Origin: an uncultured Spirochaetota bacterium
GTDB lineage: Bacteria; Spirochaetota; Spirochaetia; SZUA-6; CAVTHK01
Length of the DNA: 64,000 nucleotides
Assembly: GCA_963734495.1 (NCBI GenBank)
Contig: CAVTHK010000011.1
Coordinates: 160,001-224,000, forward strand
Direction: 5' to 3'
Position 1 is the first letter of the stretch. Each line of letters opens with the position of its first letter. The position numbers were made by a program, and so were the translations under genes. This document shows, in pieces, positions 58,468 to 64,000 of the stretch. Under the pieces are notes generated by a model. The model did no database searches. It was not told the DNA's origin and saw only the letters and a program-made list of their open reading frames with translations.

Positions 58468-59522
58468 AAGTCGGCCCCGCTTTCCCCCATCGCGACGTCG
58501 GCCCGGAGCCCGGCGCCGGATTCCTTGTCCAGGACGAACCGCAGGCCGACTCCGGCCGCGAGCTTGAAAGCGCGCAGGTCGAATGCGAGAGGATCGTGAG
58601 CGACCTGACCTGCCGCGGCAAAGATCGCAACGCCGAATCTCCGCCAGACGGGGATCCGGGCCTCCGCCTGCAGCGCCACGAGAGCGTTGTCCCGGTAGCG
58701 GCCGTCGTAGTAGCCGCGGAGGAGCTTGTCGCCGCCGAGGCGCGGAAGCTCCTGGAACGGCGGCGTGCCGCCCGCCACGGCCCCGTAGAACTGACCGGCA
58801 AGCACGATCTTCCTGCCTGCAAAAGGAGCGAGGTACGCACGCGCGTCGATGATCATCGAGGGATAGCTCGAGCCGCCGCCGAAAGTCGGGAAGGACCAGC
58901 TCCCGCACAGCTCGGCGAAGAAACCGCTCGAAGGGGCGACGGAAGAGTCGCGTCCCTCATAGGTCAGGCGGAACCCGGGCGCCAGGATCCCCGCGCCGTC
59001 TGCGCCGGGGACCGAAGCGTTCGCCAGAGCCCCGCCGGCCTCCCGCTCCTGCATCCACGAGCTGAACCAGCGCAAGCGCGGTCCCAGGTACAGGCCCGGG
59101 ACTACGAGAAAGCCCGCGGTGCCGTCCGCGGCGCACTCGAACGGCACGTAGTCCTCTTCCGATCGCGCGTCAGGACCGATTCCGAAGAACTTGTTCGGAT
59201 ACCGCGCCGCATAGCTGTCCAGGGCGAGCCGCATTCGGTTGTCGGGCAGGAAGTATTCACCGGAGACGAAACCTTCCGCCTGGCCGTTCAAGGTCGCAAA
59301 GCCGCCTCCCCGCGTCACGTTCTCGTGCTGGTTGGCATCCTGAGGATCCGAGCTTCCCGTAGCCATGAGGATCAGGCCTCCGGCGAGGCTGGTCTCCGGC
59401 GAATAGAACACGTAGGGGAACAGGACAAAGGAGTCTTTCTCAACCTCTGCGCTCGCCAGCGGCGCGCGGAGGCCCATGACGACGAGCAGGGCGAGGGCGG
59501 TGAACACGCGTGATCGACTCAT
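58440..59522 (-). CDS. Omp85/BamA-TamA family barrel without POTRA domains
   Basis: FPYVFYSPETSL, LGG...LRGYYDGRYRD, GVGLRF, C-terminal FNLGEAF. Confidence 0.85.
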   Translation of the reverse strand: MSRSRVFTALALLVVMGLRAPLASAEVEKDSFVLFPYVFYSPETSLAGGLILMATGSSDPQDANQHENVTRGGGFATLNGQAEGFVSGEYFLPDNRMRLALDSYAARYPNKFFGIGPDARSEEDYVPFECAADGTAGFLVVPGLYLGPRLRWFSSWMQEREAGGALANASVPGADGAGILAPGFRLTYEGRDSSVAPSSGFFAELCGSWSFPTFGGGSSYPSMIIDARAYLAPFAGRKIVLAGQFYGAVAGGTPPFQELPRLGGDKLLRGYYDGRYRDNALVALQAEARIPVWRRFGVAIFAAAGQVAHDPLAFDLRAFKLAAGVGLRFVLDKESGAGLRADVAMGESGADFYFNLGEAF

Positions 59523-59536
59523 GTGAAGGCAGCCAG

Positions 59537-59576
59537 TTAAAACATATGTATAACACAGTTGTTTAAGAACTTCAAG
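59537..59576 (-). promoter_or_regulatory. AT-rich promoter with tandem TetR-type operator palindromes
   Basis: Minus strand: TTGAAG, 17 nt, TATACA. Tandem imperfect palindromes TAAAACATATGTATAA and TAACACAGTTGTTTAA overlap it. Confidence 0.6.
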
Positions 59577-61164
59577 AACGACCCCTCCCCCTCGGGCATG
59601 GGCCAGCCGTAGTTGGCGCCGCGCGCCCCGAGATCCACCTCTTCCACCGCGGTCGAGTAGTCGTTACCCCCGACATCGCCGACGAACAGCCTGCCGGTCG
59701 GAACGTCATAGTAGGCGCGGTACGGATTGCGGAGACCGATCGCCCAGATCGAATCCCAGTTGGGTCCGGCTCCATCGTAGAAAGGGTTGTCCGTCGGGAC
59801 GGTGCCGTCGGGATTGATGCGGTGGATCTTTCCGCGCGGGTTCGTGAGAAGTTGCGAGTCGCCGGCGACGAAGTGCTCGCCCGTCGTGAAGTAGAGCTTT
59901 CCGTCGTTGCCGAAGGCGATCGCGCCTCCGTGGTGCTCCGCGTTGGCGTCTTCGGGGTCCTGATAGAGCACGAGCTCGCTCCCCGCGATCGTGCCAGTCA
60001 GCGTGGAGTCGGCCGTGAAGCGGGAGAGGCGATCTCGATTGGGCGTCCCGAGCGTGTAGAAGATGTAGTAGTAGTGATTGTTGGCAAAATCCGGATCGAA
60101 GGCGATGTCATAGACTCCCTGCTGCACTCCTGCGGAACCGACGTTCGTGAGCTGCAGGAAAGGAGTCGGGTCGGGTTGCGTATAGGGCGGAGACATGACC
60201 CAGATCACGCCCGCGAGGGTCACGACCAGCAGACGGCCGTCGGGGAGGAACTTGATCGCGGTCGGGAGGGTGAATCCGGTCGCCAGGATCTCATTCTGGA
60301 AGTAGCTGGTGTTCGACACGGTGACAGTCACCGGTGCGGACAGCGCAGCGTTCCCGCTCGTGTCGTAGGCGCGCGCCGTGAGCACGTGAGCGCCGTTGCT
60401 GACGGTCCGCGTGTCCCACGTCAGCGCGTAGGGCGCGGCCGTATCCTGCGCACCGCTCGCCACGCCGTCCACATAGAAGACGACTCCGGCGACGCCCACA
60501 TCGTCGCTCGCGGAGGCTTGCACCTGGACGATGTCGCTGACGACCGCGCCATCGCCCGGCTGCGAGAGGCTGACGTTCGGCGGATTGACGTCGGAAGACC
60601 CGACGGCGCCTACGGGAGTGGCCATGTCGGTCTGGATCTCGGCGAGAGTGAGGGCGCGACTGTAGATCCTGACCTCATCGATGAGCCCCGCAAACTCAAA
60701 GCCCGTCCTGCCTGCCCGCCGCCCGATCGTCACGTTTTCCGCCGACCCCTGCTGCGATGCCGAGACCGTCCCCACCAGCGCGCCATCGTCGAGCTGCCCG
60801 TTCAGATACACGTGCAGGCTCTGCGTCGCAGCATCGTAGACGCCGGCAACGTGATACCAGCCGTTGACCTGAAGAGCCGTCGCGCCATAGCGGAACATCG
60901 CTCCCCCGGAGCTGTTCGTCAGCTTGAACCCGATCGTCCGCGGCCCCCGGTCCACCGTCACATCCAGCTGGTACCCAAACTCTCCCACGGCGCGTTTGGA
61001 CACGACCGCCGCATCATCCACCGGGAACGAGCGGGCATACACCCAGCCGCTGATCGTCATGCTCCCGGTCATCTGCAGCGCGGCCGGATTGCCCAGATCG
61101 ACGTAGTCGTGCGGGTGGCAGGCGCGAGGAACAGGAGGGCCAGCATGAGAACAGCCACTGTCAC
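59537..61164 (-). pseudogene. Decayed exported LamG + bacterial Ig + PQQ/GSDH sugar-dehydrogenase-like protein
   Basis: RBS and signal peptide (GTG 61164) are out of frame with 'DYVDLGN...' LamG (WYHVAGVYD, F.GLIDEVRIYSRALT). Ig domain: ASDDVGVAGVVFYVDG. GSDH motifs: HHGG.IAFG.DGKLY, GLRNPYR, GANYGWP. The ORF then ends abruptly in promoter DNA. Confidence 0.75.
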
Positions 61165-61754
61165 GGTTTCCTCCGTCGACGCGCGTCGACTTTCCAAGAT
61201 ACCGAAAAGACTGCGTGGAGAGGGCAAAGGAGCCAGGAAGTGTCAGCTCGGCCGCGCTGCGAAGTGGCTATACAGGCGTTACGCTGATCTCAAGCGCGGC
61301 GGTTCCCAGGTGCTTGCGTCGGCCCGAAAGCCTCAGCGGTGGGCGCGACGCGCCGCCCTCGTCCCGAGGAGAGCCTGCGGGCTTCGGCCAGTCACTAGGA
61401 AATAGCCTTCGAGTCCGAGCCTCGAGAGCTCCTCGCCGATCGACGGGCGGGGGCCGACCCCCGGCTCGGGAGTGGTCCGCAGCCCGCGAGGCAACCAGTA
61501 CGCTCGGACTGCGAACACAGACCCCGCAGCCTTCCATCGGTGGCGTGGCGCGCATGCCGTGACGACGCGATGAGGCGGCTAACTTCGACGCAGAGCCAGG
61601 GATGGAAACGGCAGGCTGGGCGCAGGGCTCGGGCAACGGTTGAAGGCGATCGATTCCGATGGGGCAGCGGAGCGCGAGCCAGCGGCTCAACTGGAACCCG
61701 CGGACGCCAGCCTGCGCCACTGCAGGCGAGTGGCGGCGAAGCCGCACGGCGCGC

Positions 61755-63566
61755 TCACGGCGTGGATTCGAGGAACTCGCGGATTTCTGCCATGAACGCC
61801 GGGCCGTACTCGGCGAGCTTCTGCCGCCCGACGCCGGGGCAGGCGAGGAATGAGTCGGCATCGGTCGGTTGGCCACGCGCCATCGCACGCAGCGTCTTGT
61901 CGCTGAACACGATGTAGGGCGGAAGGCCGCGCTTCGCGGCGATGCTCTTGCGCAGGGCCTTGAGGCGCCGCATCAGCTCCTCCTGGGCGCCCGGCGCCAC
62001 AGGCGCGACGACCTCATCGATCAGCACGGGCGCTTCCTCCTCGACGGGCAGCGCGGTGTGGAAGCGCTCCTTGCCGCGCAGGAGCAGCCGCCCGCGCTCC
62101 GAGAGCCGGAGCCCCGCCTTCTGCCCCTCGCCGCGCACCAGCCAGTCGTCGGCCGCGAGCTCCTGGATGAGCCGCAGCCACCAGCCGCGTTCGTGGTCTC
62201 TCCCCACGCCGAACGTCGGCAGCGCCTGGTGGCCCCGCTCCATCACCTTGTCCGTCGCCTTGCCGACCAGGATGTCCGCGAGGTGCGCGGCGCCGAAGCG
62301 CTCGCCCGTGCGGACCGCCGCGGAGAGCGCCTTCTGTGCGGCCACCGTCGCATCGACCCGCCTGACCTGCCCCGCGCAGACGTCGCAGCGGCCGCAGGCG
62401 CCGGGATGACGCTCGCCGAAATAGGCGAGCAGCAAAGTGCGCCGGCACGCGCTCGAGGCGACGTAGCGCAGCATCGCGGCGAGGCGCGCTTCGGCGCGCT
62501 CGCGCTCGTCGGGGTCCTCGGTCTGGCGGATGCGCCAGCGGATGCCCGCGACGTCGCCGGCGCCGTGGAGCAGCAGCGTCTCCGCGTCCTCGCCGTCGCG
62601 CGCCGCGCGGCCCGTCTCCTGGTAGTAGCCTTCGAGGCTCCGGGGAAGGTCGGCGTGCACGATCCATCGCACGTTCGACTTGTCGATGCCCATTCCGAAA
62701 GCGATCGTGGCGACGACCACCGTGGCCTCGTCCCGCACGAACGCCTCCTGCCGCACGCGCCGCTCCTCGTCGCCGAGGCCGGCGTGGTACGCGACGGCCG
62801 AAACGCCAGCCGCGCCGAGGTGCGCAGCGGTCGCCTCCACGGCCTTCCGCGTGCCGCGGTACACGATGCCCGGCTCGCCGTCGTGGCGGCGCACAAAGGC
62901 GAGCACCTGCGCGTCGCCGTTGCCTTCCTTCCCCTGGACCCTGTAGAAGATCTCCGGCCGGTCGAAGCTCGCGCGCACGAGCAGCGGGTCGCGCAGCGCG
63001 AGCAGCCGCACGACGTCGTCCTGCACCTGCCGCGTGGCGGTAGCGGTGAACGCGGCTATGGGGACATCGGGAAACTCCTGCCTGAGGAGCCCGAGCGAGC
63101 GGTAGTCGGGCCGGAACTCGTGGCCCCACTCCGAGATGCAGTGCGCCTCGTCCACCGCGATGAACGACAGGCCGAGCTCGCCGAGCGAGCGCCTGAAGTC
63201 CGGGAACGAAAGGCGCTCCGGCGAGACGTAGAGGAGCTTGATGCTGCGCGCTGAGAGCGCGCGCCAGGTCGCTTTGGCCTCGTCGGCCGAAAGGGTGCTG
63301 TTGAGGACCGCTGCCGGGATGCCGTCCTCGCGCGCGCCGTCGACCTGGTCCTTCATGAGCGAGATCAGCGGGCTCACGACGACGCTGAGCCCCGGACGGA
63401 TGAGGGCGGGGAGCTGATAACAAAGAGACTTGCCGCCGCCGGTCGGCAGCGCGGCGAACGCGTCGCGTCCCGCGAGGATCGCCTCGATGACCGGCCGCTG
63501 ATTCGGCCGGAACGACGAGAACCCGAAGTGGTCCTTGAGCGCGCGGTCGAGGTCCAGCGCCGGCAT
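61755..63566 (-). CDS. recQ: ATP-dependent DNA helicase RecQ
   Basis: PTGGGKSLCYQLP, VDEAHCISEWGHEFRPDY, ATIAFGMGIDKSNVR, YYQETGRAARDG, Zn site CRR..CGRCDVC, RQC and HRDC (PPYIVFSDKTL). Confidence 0.95.
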   Translation of the reverse strand: MPALDLDRALKDHFGFSSFRPNQRPVIEAILAGRDAFAALPTGGGKSLCYQLPALIRPGLSVVVSPLISLMKDQVDGAREDGIPAAVLNSTLSADEAKATWRALSARSIKLLYVSPERLSFPDFRRSLGELGLSFIAVDEAHCISEWGHEFRPDYRSLGLLRQEFPDVPIAAFTATATRQVQDDVVRLLALRDPLLVRASFDRPEIFYRVQGKEGNGDAQVLAFVRRHDGEPGIVYRGTRKAVEATAAHLGAAGVSAVAYHAGLGDEERRVRQEAFVRDEATVVVATIAFGMGIDKSNVRWIVHADLPRSLEGYYQETGRAARDGEDAETLLLHGAGDVAGIRWRIRQTEDPDERERAEARLAAMLRYVASSACRRTLLLAYFGERHPGACGRCDVCAGQVRRVDATVAAQKALSAAVRTGERFGAAHLADILVGKATDKVMERGHQALPTFGVGRDHERGWWLRLIQELAADDWLVRGEGQKAGLRLSERGRLLLRGKERFHTALPVEEEAPVLIDEVVAPVAPGAQEELMRRLKALRKSIAAKRGLPPYIVFSDKTLRAMARGQPTDADSFLACPGVGRQKLAEYGPAFMAEIREFLESTP

Positions 63567-63572
63567 CCCGCG

Positions 63573-64000
63573 CTACCCTTCGGCCCGCGCGGCCAGCAGC
63601 TCCCACCGGGCGAGCTTGGTCGCGAGCAGCCCGGCGATTTCGCGGTAGCGCCTGTGGCCCTTCTCCAGCGCCGCCGGATCCTGAACCGGCCGCTGGAAGA
63701 GGGACTCGAGCTCCTTTTGTTCCGCTTCCAGCGAGTCGATCTCGCTCTGGAGGATCTCGTACTCCTGCCGCTCCTTGAACGACAGCTCCGTCTTCTTCTC
63801 ACGCCTGGCGGGCCTGCGGGTCTCCACCTTTCGGGACGCACCGGCTGCGCGCGCCTCTTCGGCCGCCGTTTCGCGGTACTCGGCGTAGTCTCCCGCGAAC
63901 CCGCGGATGCCGCCCGCTCCGTCGAAGACAAAGAGGTAGTCCGTGAGCCGCTCCAGCAGCGCGCGGTCGTGGGATACCAGCAGGATGCAGCCCGGGAAAT
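63573..64000 (-). CDS. ABC-F family ATPase (Uup-like), C-terminal part; continues beyond the window
   Basis: FPGCILLVSHDRALLE...GFAGDYAEY, then LSFKERQEY...IDSLEAEQ...RWELL. Confidence 0.85.
   Translation of the reverse strand, partial: FPGCILLVSHDRALLERLTDYLFVFDGAGGIRGFAGDYAEYRETAAEEARAAGASRKVETRRPARREKKTELSFKERQEYEILQSEIDSLEAEQKELESLFQRPVQDPAALEKGHRRYREIAGLLATKLARWELLAARAEG

Noticed and set aside
58440-59522. Essential bamA
   Set aside because: Only 360 aa with no POTRA domains; an accessory Omp85-family barrel.
1-64000. tRNA, rRNA, IS elements, integrases or prophage genes
   Set aside because: No cloverleaf, rRNA signature, transposase/recombinase motif or phage structural gene recognised by eye.

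Overview
High-GC bacterial window, probably from a diderm Spirochaetota-like organism. This is inferred from 'A-x-G-x-K-E' solute-binding-protein N-termini, a HEAT-repeat exported protein and OM beta-barrel/Omp85 genes. From left to right it contains: (i) cstA and a downstream cstA-associated gene; (ii) a ~21 kb Wzx/Wzy-type surface-polysaccharide locus (4.5-26 kb) with Wzc, a priming transferase, GT4s, methyltransferases, a possible NTase-TMK-APH-kinase-FkbM fusion, and no recognisable Wza; its 8.4-19.6 kb part is full of frameshifts; (iii) sugar ABC transporters and an Atm1-like exporter; (iv) a candidate nucleic-acid-sensing island (36.8-43.6 kb); (v) assorted metabolic genes; (vi) a Lol-like ABC export operon with TetR and Omp85; (vii) a decayed LamG-Ig-GSDH gene, recQ and the end of an ABC-F gene. 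The most striking feature is in block (iv). An RtcR-type CARF/sigma54 activator lies directly upstream of a consensus sigma54 promoter. That promoter precedes not rtcBA but a WYL-transmembrane-EF-hand-transglutaminase-like (LapG/BTLCP-type) protein. Next to it are a MerR-vWA operon with a perfect palindromic operator and a coiled-coil SF1 helicase with a HEPN-like N-terminus. No rRNA, tRNA, CRISPR array or transposase was recognised. All calls come from motif reading by eye; no database searches were run.
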